Assembly: GCF_964355755.1 (NCBI RefSeq)
Contig: NC_092675.1
Span: 9,047,812-9,111,811 of the forward strand
Length of the DNA: 64,000 nt
Source of the DNA: Antedon mediterranea
Taxonomy: Eukaryota; Animalia; Echinodermata
Direction of reading: 5' to 3'
Made by a program: the position numbers and the translations under genes. Below are positions 24,501 through 39,500 of this stretch, in pieces. Below the pieces are notes generated by a model that had not been told where the DNA came from, did not search any database, and saw only the letters and a program-made list of their open reading frames with translations. Within the stretch, counting starts at the first letter, position 1. Each line of letters begins with the position of its first letter.

Positions 24501-27500
24501 TTTTGCAAAATTTCAATTTAAAATGTTTTTTGACCTATGTTAAATAGGCGAAATTCATAAAATCGTGCGTAAGTCACGTTGCGCAATTGTAAACATCCTG
24601 AAAAGGTTTGCTGCACAACTTCATATGAATGACGATATGTTGGGAAAGTTACGAAATGTTATGTTTGCAAGTTTTACAGATACGCGTGACACAAAAATTA
24701 CAGAAAGAAAGAATAATAATACAGAAACAAAAAGATGATGAAACAGGACAGTTATACAAGGAGTTATCCGCCATGAGCGGATAACTCCTAATAATAATAA
24801 CTCCTAACAAGACTAAAGAAATGATCATTGATTTTAGAAAAGGTATCAAACCACATGATAAGCTATGTATATTAAACGATGAAGTGGAAGTTGTTTAGTA
24901 GCTTAAGTATCTAGGCACAGTAATCGAGGATAAACTTAATTGGAAGGAAAACACTAAGTTAGTTACCACAAATTGTTATAAACTAGATGGCACGCTCGCT
25001 TCGCTCGCGTACCATCTAGGTCGTGCCCACAGATGGTTCTCGAATACACAGTATTTCCAGCGAGAAAAAAAATGGAGATTTCAAATGTACGTACCGCAGG
25101 ACTATAATACATTGTCGTTTACAGAAACGAATAAATATACACAATGATTTATGTAGTCAACCAAAATTAGCACCCTGGGAATTACTTCCGAGAGAGAAAC
25201 AAAATGAGTCAAATTTTTTTATTTGGACTCATTTAAACAAACCCAATTTGTGTTTTGTATGTAACATTAAGAGTTGAGGGATGGGGGAAGAAGATAGGTA
25301 CAAAGAGGAAACATTTTAAAATATATTCTTCCACTCAGTAACGAAATATTGTTTTAAATGTGTTATAGGCCTATAAATAATATACCACTAAATACAGTAA
25401 AACATTTACAATTTAATACGGTACTTTGTTAAAACTCTCACTGTCATAGTCGATTGAAATAGTAAAGTACATGTAACGATACACCACTACGACGTTTATA
25501 TATTTTTAAATTATTAATTAATAGTAATACAAACGTTGAGAAGCAACTGTCAGTAATAACGTTAATTTATTTGTATATTATATGTTTATAATCTAACAGT
25601 AGGGCCTACCCACACTCACAGTAATAAAGTTTATTTGTATATATTTTTATATTACATCTAACAGTACCAACACTCACAGTAAGAAATTTGCGATTCAAAT
25701 TGCGATCAAAAGTGGTTAATACCTTAACAGTATTGTACAGCATTGCAATACTATTTATGTTTATTCTCCAAGGGGGCCCATAAATCTAAATCTATACCTC
25801 TATGGTTAAACCAAATAATTTGGAATGTTTATTTGTATATTATATGTTTATAATCTAACAGTAGGGCCTACCCACACTCACAGTAATAAAGTTTATTTTT
25901 ATATATTTTTATATTACATCTAACAGTACCAACACTCACAGTAAGAAATTTGCGATTCAAATTGCGATCAAAAGTGGTTAATACCTTAACAGTATTGTAC
26001 AGCATTGCAATACTATTTATGTTTATTCTCCAAGGGGGCCCATAAATCTAAACCTCTATGGTTAAACCAAATAATTTGGAATGTTCCATTCATCACAAAT
26101 CAATACATTTGTAAAAACGTATATTAAATGTATCAAAATAGTATTTTTTTTTAAAAATCGGCCTGTCTTCAACATTATGATGCTGTACTCGAACTGTTCA
26201 ACCGGTTTTCAGCTATTAAAAACAATTATCGTAGGAGGAGATAGGAAAATGCGAAGCCTCCTCGCATTTTTGTGGCGGGTATTTTTCAAGATGAACATCC
26301 ATTAGACAGTGTATACCACGATCGGAAAACACCCCTATTTGGGGCAAATCGTTGAACCTAAATTCGTTTTAATCGTCAATAAATAATTATCTAACTTAAT
26401 TTAATTAGTAAACAGGGTTACATCAGGTGGTTAAAATCAGTACCGAAAGTACGAACCAACTTTATATACCATCGAGTAAAAATTCTAGAAGTAAGGCGCG
26501 ATTTACCGAATTTTGCCCTTACGTAAATTTATATATAGATGACTGTACTTTTTGAGAAGATTAAAGAAATGTCATGTGTGCAATAGAATCTTGATTTTAT
26601 TTTATGAATCTGTTATTTTATCTATTTTAACTTTTAATGCAATAGGTTGGTTCAACAATTTAAACCAGCAATTCATGAAAAAAGTACAAAGAATAAGTAA
26701 ATCTGCCAAAAAGATAATAGGAAACGATATTAAGAAATCAGATGAAGTTGTTAACATTCAACGTACTTACAAATAAACTTAAAGTTATTATGTCAGATGT
26801 TAGCCACCCCCTTAACCAGTACATTACGTTAAGCCGGTCTGGGCGCATTACATATCCTCGCTGCTGGAACACTGAACGCCTACGTAGATCCTTTCTCCCA
26901 TCTGCTATGAGGCATTTTAATTTAATGTTGAAAAGATAACCACAATAAGTATCTTAGCTGTATTTTTAACTCAATTTGTATTTTTTGTGTCCTCTTTTAA
27001 CTTTTTTATATGACATCTTGTTCTCAGTTTTATGTGATTTTATTCTTTTTTACTGTTTGTGCGACAATGTTTTTAGACAATTTTAATGTGTGTACTTTCA
27101 GCCAAAGTTTCAAGCCATTCATGAGTTTGACAATAAAGTTTATTGAATTGAATTGAATTTGAAAAAAACCCCAACTTGCTGAGCAAAATACACTCCAATA
27201 AAAGTCAGTTATGTTTGCAGTTACAGTATAAGCATGACACAAATTATTATTTCACATACAGCAGCTTTACACTGCTATCACACAATTTATTTTCGAATGC
27301 CAACTGATACTGTTATTATTTTATTGTTCATAATATCAATGGAAGTACATTTAAAACTAGCATGAAAATATAAAAAAAAGTTATACTATACAAATTCAGT
27401 CTATTACAACAAATTACACAAATATACATTAAAAGCTAGGTTATGTATAATACGTAATACAGATTAATAGCTTTTATCATAAAATTATTAAAACTATTAA

Positions 27501-30500
27501 AAATACAATATTAAAAAGGAAGAATTGCACAATGATACGTTAACAGAACACTACAGTTTCCTATCTTTTTACTGTTGTATTGTGTGTTTTTACTTTTGAA
27601 AGCATGCGTATTTTCACAGTAATTTCATAAAAAATTTAAATACATACTTGCTTTTGTTTGCAAGTTATCTTGTATCGACTGGGAGAGGAATACAAGTTGA
27701 ACTCATAGACAATTTCCATTTACACTAGCCAAAAAGAGGAGATGAACCCGAGTTGCGCCCATTTACTCTACATCAATCAACTCAGTGACTAATAATAACC
27801 TTTAGCAGCACGGTGTTCGACCACAGAAACTGTTTACACTTTGAGAAGATACACTGGAAAACATTCAACTTTGTTTTACCCCACATAGAGCACATCAGAG
27901 TGGTTTGATTTACACCAGTCAATAAAAACCACAACACCAGCGTTTAACTGCCCAGTATACTCGGCGGAGTTACATTGCTGTGGCGGTGATAGTGTAAAAG
28001 GGATATGGTGAGCAGTTGAGTTCTTTGGTCAAAATGTAACCACATACATTTTATTATGTCACATGCATTTATTTTCTATTTTGTTTTCACAGAGTAGAAG
28101 TCCTGATGTTTCTATAAAAGATGGAGAGCAAGAAAAACCAAGTAATTAATTAAAAATGTTAAATGTTTTACTATAGCTTTCTTTGTTACCAATAGCGATA
28201 TTAGATGAATGAAAACATTATATTTAGCTCAATCAATATTCTAGTTAAGCCAACTTTAAACATTAAACATTACGAACGTCAGATTAAAAACATTATTTTA
28301 TCTTCTTATTTATACAGAGTCCATGTGGTCATGGGTCAGAGGCCAAGCATTAAGGTATTGGATATTAACAACTTATTAACCTTTAGTATTTATTGTATCC
28401 TATTATTTTAGAGGGTTAGTTTCATAAATTGTTCAATGCCAGTGGTCACTAGTGTCTTCATTTTGATGATCTAAATATAGCTCAAAATCATACATTATGT
28501 TAATTTTTTATCATTAAAAACATTTTTTTTTAATATTCCTCATATTCTTGTTAATTTTGTTTAACGTAAGTTCCTGGCAACTATTTAGTGTACTTTTTTC
28601 TGGAAACTGTGAATTATGAAATAACCGAAAATCGATATGAAAAAATTTTAAGAAGTTAAACCACTTTTTAGGCTTGTTTATAATAATTATGTTTAGTTTA
28701 CACTTTACACTTTGTTTTATACTGTAGATCACTTCCATCAATTGCTTCTATTCCTCAATCACTATTAAAGGTTATTAGTTCTCGTCTAGCATGGCAAGTT
28801 GCTATTGATAGGTAGGCCTATGTTTTTCTTGGTTGTCTCCTATTGTAATCATACTTTACTAATTAAATAACTCTTAAGCTTTTTATAATAAAACACAAGA
28901 ACCTAACGCCTGAATTCTTAAATCAAACTTTAGTTCAAACCTCGACTTAAAAAAGGTCTAGTTCGAGCTATTCAAATTTGATTGATAAAAGAATTTTGCA
29001 GTTCAACTTAAGGAAATCGGGCTTTTAGTCGAGTTTCACACGTCTGGGTAACAAATGCTATAAATTGGCCAATGATAAGAGAGTATTTGAGGAGCAGACG
29101 GATTTTTTCACATTAATATCACTTTCCATTTTGTTACAACAAATCTTTTTACGCATCAGGAATATACATGAAAAAAATATAATCATTTATTATTGGAACA
29201 AGACCAGTATAAGTTTAAAAGTAAAGTACTTTTGATTAACAACAAACAAAAACTTCATAATGTGTGTAGAAACCTCTCGCCATTGTGGCGGAGGTAATAC
29301 ATAGGGGGCATTACACTTGGGTCATATGGTACTGTAATTTGTTTACTTACTACTGAATTGTATTTTTTAATCTGGTTCCTGCTCCATTGAGCTCCATGGC
29401 CCCTGGGTTTAGCAAGTGATAAACATTACAGTTATACTACTGAAAAATATTTTAAAAGCTTTTGTTGTATATTTTTGTTAAATAGTGTAGGTGAGATGCT
29501 AGCAGTATTGCAAGAAACATCAATTGAAATACATGTTGAGAGAGACAACTTTGCTGCAGTCAAAGGAAGAAGTACAGGTAAAAATTTAGCTACAGTACAG
29601 CTATTAATAACTGCTTCGTTCCCATACATAACCCTTTATAGCCTATGTGAGGGCATTGTCTTTTTATTGCGAACACACGCAATATTACGAGGGTTTGTCT
29701 TGCTATGCCTTCCCGACAGCTATCAAAGAGGATAATCCTAAGGAAGTAGGCACATCCTAAAGCCTTGCGGTTGATATTAAATATTAATAAAAATGCTTAT
29801 CTTTCCATTTTGTTCTACGAGTGTTTCTCTAACAAACTAGATTAGCCTAAGCTCCTAAGCTATAGGTGTCTGTTTTGGCTACTGCATTGTGTTAGATTAC
29901 GACCTCAAAGGTGTAGGGTGCGTGGTACTTTTTAATTGTTTATTTTTTTTTTACATTGAAGCTAGACTCTGGGCCTAGGCTAAATAAATATAACGGGTGT
30001 AACTGCTGTCCTCTTGATTCATTGATAACATTGGTGTTTACATTGTGATGGATAGTGTGTTGAAACAATGCCTCTCGTAGGATCGCATTAAAAAAATGTA
30101 TTTTTATCGTGATAAAAAAACAATGCATTTGTAGGTTCGCAATTTAAAACAATATATCTACCGCATAGCAACGAAGCTGGAACATTGCAGTAATTTTTTG
30201 CTGTACTGTACATAAAACTGTATAATGATATTATAGAATCTCAATGAAGAACGACTGTGTTTGGTTGATTACGATATTATGGATAGATTTAAACTTAGCA
30301 ATTATGGCAGTATAATCCCATACTTCAATTACAGTGCTAGCTATAGTCTAGTTTTTATTTATTTATTACACCTTTTTTTTCCTATTACTATATTGTTATT
30401 GTTTTTTGTCATCTGTTGAAATGTTGTATTTTTATAAAAAGTATTATTTTGTTTTTGTTTTCTAAACGATAATCACGGATTACCCCAAGGTCCTTAAAAT

Positions 30501-33500
30501 GCTTCAGCAAAACTTTTTGATTTAGATAAACATGTTTTGTTATAATCTTCACCAACAAGCTTTGATCTATCCACATTAGGCCAAGATCAACTAACCAACA
30601 CCTCATATCAAACTATTGATAATATGTAATATTTCCTAGTTCCCAAAGATACATACCCTCAATTCCGCAAGCTTGCTTGGAGTGCTGATTCTACATTTGT
30701 TGCCATGTCAACTAGCTACGGTCACATTATGGGCTTTGATCTTCTTGGAAACAAACTATTCACAATTGAGACGGTAAGGTTTAAGTTTTTGATGCAACTA
30801 CTTATTACTATACTTATTAATGTTTTGCCAGCTTAGTCTAAAAATAGTTTTCTGAATGAGCATATAAAATAATATTTCATTTTTTTTATGATAATCATTT
30901 TAAGATTAAACAATGTTTTTTTACTACAGTACAGTATGTACCTATAAATAAAATACTTTATTTCATATTGCTCATTTAGAAAATGTATTTCTACTAGGAT
31001 GGTCAATTAATTGATTGCAATGAAAGAATTTGAATTTGAACTAGGAATTAATTGGTACTCTCGATCAAGAGTCTGAATATCACTAAAAAGAGATTTTCAG
31101 TTGGTAATGTTTACAAATCAATTGTAATACTCATTTTAGGTTGCGGTTCCTGAAATTGTTGATCTTAGCCAGGCGTTATGTGCACTTGTATTTATTGACT
31201 GTAAAGATGATACACAATGGTTAGTACTATTATTTATAATGTTAAGCTCTGTCTACACTATCAAACTAATTTGACAAAAGAAATGTGCCCAAATATGGTA
31301 GTGATATGACATCATCATGTCCATTACATTTGTTTGTCACAGAAAGTTTGATGTGTAGACAGAGCTTTAGATGCAAGAATGATTACACCTTATAAAGACA
31401 ATCAACATTTGGTCATATACCAAAGTATTTAATGGAGTAGCATTATTTAATAAATAAATTGTTCTTTTCTGATCAATATTTAATTTATAACAATTTTCTT
31501 CCAGATTAAATACATTTTTATTTAATAAAGTGTAGGAGTAATTTCGGAAATTTAAAACATCAGGTTTTGTGTGAATTTGCTCAATGAAATGAATTCAAGG
31601 AAATTTACTCTATGTTTCAACAGGTCCACTGAATTGCTTGCAATTAACTATCAAGGAAGGCTTCAAAGTTACCTTATAAGGTAATTTCATGATTTATTTG
31701 TACTTTTTATATGTAATTGATATAGTTTAACATTTTACTTTATTACCTCCGCCAGGGAGGTTATGTAGTCGATCGCATGTGTGTCCGTCAGTTTGTTTGT
31801 TAGCAGGATTAATACTCAAAACTTATTGTCATATCTTTACCAAATTGAAAACACAGATAGATATGCTCAAGGACTACTCCATTTTGGGGGCAATCAGGAT
31901 CCCAATTCTGGAACACTACGAGAACCTGGTTACAAATTGTTACTTTTAGCTGAAACGGATATTATATATAGATATAGATATATATCTTGAATGTGTAATG
32001 ATTGAATTAATTTAATATATTCTATAGCTTTTAAAAGAATAGTAATTATTGGCTGTTCTTTTATTTTCATAATAAATGAGAATGTACGTTTCTGTTTACT
32101 ACCATCAGCATTACAGGAGACTATATCAAAAACTACAGCTACTCCTTCATCAGTGGATGTCCACAAGGAGTAGCCACGGCTACCTTTGATAAAAAGCACT
32201 CTCTACTAATCCTAGGAAGTTCAAACATACTTGAGACAGATACCAGGGAAGTATCGCAGGCTCAAGCACATGGTATCACGGCATGGAGAAAATTGTCAGG
32301 TCATCCGCATTTCCAAGCGTTAACCGATTTCACTACACAAATTAGTACTGTAAGTAACTATTATTACCTCCGCCAAGGAGGTTATATTTTCACCCCTGTA
32401 TGTTTGTTTGTGTGTCTGTCTGTCAACAGCTTGGAGGCCACAGTTTGTATCCGATTCTCACCAAATTTGGCCACAATGATCTATGCCCCAAAAGCTCGGA
32501 CGAGTTCGAATTTGAGGGAAAAGGTCATAGGTCAAGGTCACAACTAACAAAAAACTATTTTACTGCCTAGAGACCACAGTTTTTATCCGATTCTCACCAA
32601 ACTTAGCCACAATGATCAATGACTCATCATACAATTGTGGTTAAATTTTGAAGGGTCACAAAAAAAACAGAAATAAAAAAATAAAAAAAACACAGCAGGC
32701 TTGAACCAGCGATCTCAAGTGTGATAGGCTGGATACATAACCATTACACCAACAACTTTGTAGTGTGCAGTTAGCCTATTTACACTTGCAACTAATAAAA
32801 AAAAAAATATATTATATATATATTTTCCGGGAACATTTTATGTAGGGGAATTTTACAGTAGGTGGAGGTTTGTACTCTCAGAGTACCCTCTAGTTGTGAC
32901 CTATGTTAATATTAAATGCCTTCTATATTCAAGTTTTACTAATTTGCTTTTAGCATGTTTTCCTGTCCATGTTCAGTTGCAGTGGAGTTGTTAATTATTA
33001 GTATTAATTATACATAAATGTATTTTTTTAGGCAAGAAGAATGTCTCTAGGTATGAAGAATGCAATGAGAACCTCTGGATTACTAGGAGGACAGACAAAA
33101 CAGGTATTACACAGCACATTTTGTTTGTTACAACTATGCATTTAATTACCTGCTTCAATCAAGTTCTTTTTGGTCTTTTAGCACTGAGAAATTATGAAAA
33201 AAAAAACTGCAAATTTACATAAAAAAAGGACAAATTTCAGTGCTTGGTACATACCCTCTAGTTATTAACAAATGATTCTTCTTTGTAGGATGGTATTTGT
33301 AAACTAAGTTTATCAGAAAATGAATCGGTTTTAGCAGCTTTACATTGGTCAGGTGCTCTGTCACTATGGCAACTACCATCTCTTAGACGAAAAATATATT
33401 GGCCAGTAGAGGAGCAGGTAAGAACGTTTTAAAATACAAAACCATATATACTTTGCCACCATCATCATCATTATCTTTTTTTTTTGTGGATATATAGACC

Positions 33501-36500
33501 CTATATAACATTTGGAAACATTTGTTTAACATTTTTTCCCAGATTGGCCCTTTTTAGACTACCTATAATTGGGATACTATTAACAAAATTGATAATTATG
33601 GGACATAAATTTGTATTAATAGATGTAGTTTATTCATGGACATGTTTAATCTGAGACAATGCTGCGGCCACACACGCCAATTGCCACATACATTGTGAAA
33701 TACCAACCTGTGTCGTACAAGTACGATGAGAAATTCTCTTCTAAACACGTAACGAAGTGAATTATTAAAAATAAGTTAGATCTCAATGTGTTGTCCATTA
33801 CTTAAAGCTTCAGAAATTAAAAAAATTAATAAATAAATTATTATTTAAATTTGAGATTTGATAATATTCACTAATTGTTTGTTTTAAATGAAATTGTGTT
33901 TAAACATTTGTCTTAGACTGAAAGCATCTCAAGAAGAGAGAGTACTTTTAGTAAAGGTAAGAACATTTTTAGGTTGCTCAGTATTTAAAAGTGTTTTGAT
34001 GAAATTGCTAGCTCTTGACAAATAATAAAATAAAACTTTTTACAACCTAATTCTGTTTCCTTAAAGCAAGTAAATATATTATACAGGTATTGACTGCTTA
34101 GTGGTTTTATAAGACAAGGATTTTGAATTACACAGAAAACATAAGTTGCAAGTCGTGTTTCCATTTATTTCTCACAATACTGAACACATTAAGCCGTCTG
34201 TTAATTCAAAGTAGTCCTTCTAATGCATGTTAACAGGATAAAGAACACAGGTAACTAAACTCCTTCACGGCAAACAACAGGCTATATACAGTGCGTGTTA
34301 GTGTTATTTAAATTAGGAGATCGTTCAACAATACAATACTACAGTTGCATTACGTAAATACATAGAATCACTAATAGGGATTCTTACATATATAATATTA
34401 ATATAATAATAAATATAATAATAAAGAATTTTTCTTGCAGAATCAGCTCGACAAGGTCTTTCAGATATCAACTTTTGGTCTAAATCTGTAAGATTATGAT
34501 TTTTTTTTAATACATAATTGTTACAAAATAAAAGAATACTAGTTATATTTTGGATTCACATTTCAAATAAATAATAACAAAAATGTCACTTCTTTATATC
34601 TACTTAAAGGCATTGATTTTAGCCTGGTGTAACGGCAATGTTACAATAACTTCTGCAAATAGTATGAATAACCTGATTGGTGAGTCTCATGAGTGGATGC
34701 ATCCTATGCCACAAGTCTTGCCAGCATTTAATGAAGCCTTTATTGCACTTGAGGTATAATTCTAGTTTTTCTGCAGATATTCATTTTAATGATTTGTTTC
34801 CAAAAACGGACGTTCCTTGTACTAGTTGATGTTCAGTTTCGGGTACAAAATGTATAATAAAAAGATTTCAACTATAATGACAGCAGTCTTTTAATGGCTG
34901 TTTATGGTTTTTTTTTTATCTTATCAAAAGTTACAGTCACAATAGAAGCAATTTTCTATTTCAACAACAAGTTTTGATACTGTTGTTAATATTCTTCATT
35001 GTAAAGTTGTTTTAATTTTAATGATGTTTAAAATATGGAATCACAGTGTGAAGCAGTGTCTGGTACCAAGAGACCACGAGATGACAGCCTATCTGGTAGG
35101 ATGGAGTTTGTAGCTGAAGAAGATGAAGCTGAAGATGATGAAGATGAGAATGTTGGTTACATCAAACGGGGTCTCAACCTGTCTAAAAGAGTAAGATAAC
35201 ATTTGTAGTAATAATGTTTATATAACCAGAGAGTTGTTAACAACTCCCTGATAACATTCACAAATATATTTCAAGATTTAAAAAAAATGTATTCTTCCTA
35301 CAAGAGGAATACAATTTTTTAACATTTAAAAATTTCTCATTGTCTCAACGTCTGAACATTAATTCTATGCTTAATCAAAATAATTAAACTTATTCTTTTT
35401 AAAATAAGGATGAAATAAATTGATTTTATATAATTATTTATTATTTTTGTATTTTTTAAATTTAGATGATGTATTTTGTAACTGAAAGTGAAAGATTTCA
35501 GCCACCAAGAAAAAAACCAAAGTAAGAAAGCAATAAAGTGCCATTTGTTTAAATGTATTTTGAACCTAATATACTGCCATGACATCAAAGAAGTTTAACT
35601 TCAAATTCTAAAACAGTTTGTCAATTTATTTTATTTACAGGTTAGTTACTAGAACCTATCGCCTTCTGCAACTTAAGAAAACAACTCCGGCTGAGTATTT
35701 TGCTAGAAAGGTTTGTTTTGTAATTATCATTACTATCTTCATAAATCTCGCACTCTGCTATGTGATCAACAACATTGTTTTCAACACAGTAACAATCCTC
35801 ATTAATGTGGTTTATCAATGACTGTTTTTTATATTGTCTTTGTTAAATCAACAAATAATGTTGATACATTTGTAGAAATTTCACTCTTCCCTAGTGTAAT
35901 TAAGTAAAACTTCAACGACAAGATCAGTCGATATGGTTGGCTGCTGCCAATACTAAACACTGTTTTAATATGGCGATCTGTAGATGGCCATGGCAGTTCA
36001 CAAAAGAGGAGGTTCCGTAGTTGATGTGACGTAACAACTTACGAAACATGGCTGCTGAGATTTATTTTTTGCCTTTTTTCAGTGTTTTTTTTTCACGTAC
36101 TATTCAGTTGTTTCGGAGGGGATACTTTAAATTACAAGACAAATTTAGTAGCGTTAATATATAGATACTGTGTATAAGGTGTAAAATTGATGTTTTTTTA
36201 TAGATTGAGAATGAAGAATATGGTGAAGCCTTGATCCTAGGCCGACGATATAACCTAGACACAGACAAGGTTTACCAACATCAGTGGAGGAACAATAGGG
36301 TCTCAAAGGCTTCTATCTATGATTACTTAGTAAGCAGTTTTTCAGATGTTTTAACATATATTAAAATATGTTCTCTTTTGTCTTTAAAACAACTAAATTT
36401 AAAGACTGATTTAAGACCCTATACGCAGTCCGGTTGGATACTTGCTTGATGTTTATCGGTCGTTTAACAATCTAAATACATTGTATGACCCTTTCTTTCC

Positions 36501-39500
36501 TTTCTTCTTTTTTAATTACTGTATAGCACACTTGCAGAACACCACTTATTACATCCGGCCATTTACAATATTACAGAGTCCCATTTAACATTACTCGTCT
36601 TCTACCCTTTAAAAAATCCTGGATCCAATTATAGACATTTTCAGAAATACCATAAGCTTCAACCTTCCTTAATAGTCTTATGTAAGGTACAGAATCGAAG
36701 GCCTTTTGAAGGTCCTAATAATCCACATCAATATCACGCTAAAAGTTTAGACCAATGTTCTACTGTATCTAATAATTGCGTTGTTGTTGATCTCCCAGAC
36801 CTAAAAAAATCATGTTCGGATAAATCAGTTTCGCATATTTTATTTGTTTTAAAATCAATTTTAATTTATATACAGATAGAACCCCTCCTTGAAATTCTTC
36901 CCATAAACCAAACGAAACGCAATAACAATATTTAGAGGAATCCCTATATTAAGTTTATACTAAATTTCATGTTTAACTTATTTCTGTTAAATTCTAGAAT
37001 AAAGTTCAAAAGCAATCATGGGTTCTGAAGGAGTGCATTACCAGAGTTCCTGACAATTTGGAAGCCGCAGAAGAGCTCTTGCACTATGGTTTAAGTCGCA
37101 CTAACATCACGACTTTGATAGACATGGATACCAAAGAATATCAAAGGTTTTGCTATCGATTATTTAATTTATTATTCCTTCTTGGAATACCATATTTAAA
37201 TCTTAAGTAAAAACAAAAAGTTACTACATCACCTTCTTTAAAATCATAGTATAATTTAATGTCCTATGTGACTTGTTATGACCCCATGAAGTTTAGCCAC
37301 AAAAAGGTGATGAAGTATAGTATTGCTTGAATCTTACATGAAGCATTCATTGTATTTGGTTGTTGACTGTCAGTACTATAAACTGTGCAGAACAGGTTAA
37401 GACTGAAAACATTTATTTATCTTTTACTTGACATACTGCAGTTTTCAAGAAGTTGATGAAAATAATGATGATTTGGATAACAGTAGTGACTCGATGGAAG
37501 AAAGAATTAAGAGAAAAGAAGAATGTTTACTTGAAAAGATTAATTTTTCCAAGTAAGTAAGATAACTAACAGCCCAACTTCCATCCTGTTTGTTTGTGGT
37601 ATTCTGTAAAAGTTAAGAAAAATATACAGTAGGGACCATCATTGGAACAGATCTAACGCCATTTTCACTGATTTACATGTATCTTAATAAAAGTTAATAA
37701 TATTATGAAAGACCCCACCCATCCATTACATTACTTATACAATTTAAATAGATCTGGAATTAGACTATGACCCCAAATGTCAATCTATGTAGAACTAGGA
37801 AGTCCTTTGTTGCATAAATAGCATTCATATGTATAATTCAAATGTTCTACGATAACTCTATACTGTAATTGTTTTTACAGAATTTTATCATTGGCCTATA
37901 GTATTTGTAGAATTTGATGTATTTTTCTTGTAGTTTTATTGTCTTTTATTGTCTTAATTATGCCAAGCAAAATGAATTGCAATTACTATTTTGATGTAAA
38001 GTGATTTCATACAGATTGAAATAATAATGTTTTTACTGTTATAGGTTAACTTTTGAACAACAAGATATTTGTCGTTGTCGCATCAAGCTGCTAGTGTATG
38101 TAGACCGCCTTAAAACGTATGAGGTAATAGATCAGCTTCTCTTTTTTTGCACATATTAGTTTTATAGTCAAAAGTAAGGCAAAAAAATGGGTTTGTTAAT
38201 TAAGTATTTTCAAAGCATGCATCATCTGGCTTTTAAATTGCTGTATCTGCTCCTACTTCTAAATAAATTATAATTGTTTCTATCAAAAGGCTATCCTCGG
38301 AGGGGGTGAAACAGCTCTCGGAAAATATGATAAGGATTTTTTTGCTGAGTTTCGAACGAAAAATATAGTACAAGCAGCATTGGACTATGCGCAAGTATGT
38401 TATCTAAGAATTTTGTTGTTAATGTTGATTGATATAATACAAAACACACCATACAAAATTCCTGGTTGTTGTGCGATTCTGAGAAAGAGGGTAGTACAAG
38501 TTAGTAATATTTTCAGTAATTTTAATGGTGATTGAAGTATACGTTGTGAAGAGGGTTTTTAGTGATTTTTTTTCTTATGATGTGGATTTAAATTGTGATT
38601 GTGGCTTTTAGGTAACATTTTATTTTTTTTTTTATTTAATTGGTCATATTTGTTTTACAATAATGTTTCTTTTTCTTGCAATTGCGCCTTTTCAGAATTC
38701 TGACTGTGAAGCATTGCATGTCCTCTTCACCTATCATGGCAGTGATCTTCTGCCGCATCGTTTACTTATTCTTGGTAGCATACCAGAGACTACACCCCCA
38801 CATGACTATCAAAGTCTGTTTCCAGTTATATGGTATACACTCTTAATTATTTTGTTTAACATGTGTGCCTGTGCCAAGGATATGGTTCAATGCATTTTAT
38901 AAAGTCATAAATTGAACAATGACCTTATCTGAATCAAATGCTTGCCCTACTACTACATAGCAAAGAAATTCTCATGTTGAACTTGAACCAAATAATCCCA
39001 CTCAAAGCACTGAGAATTCAGGACAGATACATCAGAGTAAAGCAAACAATCTGACTTACTTTCTCCCTGACACAAAGCTACTCTGTATTAGTTAAAATAA
39101 TGATGCTCTTTATGTAGGTGTGAAGCATAATTTGCCTATTGAACTACATTTTTTTATCTCTGTAAAGTGGAGAGAACAGAGCAGTAGAATGGGAGGAGTA
39201 CAATCATCGTGAAGAAGACTGGTCCGAGTCAAGTAGATGTCAGTCAATACTTAATCCTAGCCCAATAGATTATGGTGCATTTCTTTATGAAGAAAATGCA
39301 AATATGAAGAGGTTCAGATGTATTAGACCATCACATGATCTCCTGAGAGATTGGTATCTGTTGAGGTCACGAGAGATGGAAGAATTGTCTAGCCAGGTAG
39401 GATAGTGATCATAATCTTGGTTATAGCGTAGAAGAGGTTGAGCAATTTTAGGCGGTTACCCAATCTGATAATGGGAGTAGAATGGATTTTGTTTTTACTA

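Noticed and set aside
27710-28005. Possible MITE (CCATTTACACTA ... TAGTGTAAAAGG)
   Set aside because: The inverted match is short and imperfect and there is no clear TSD.
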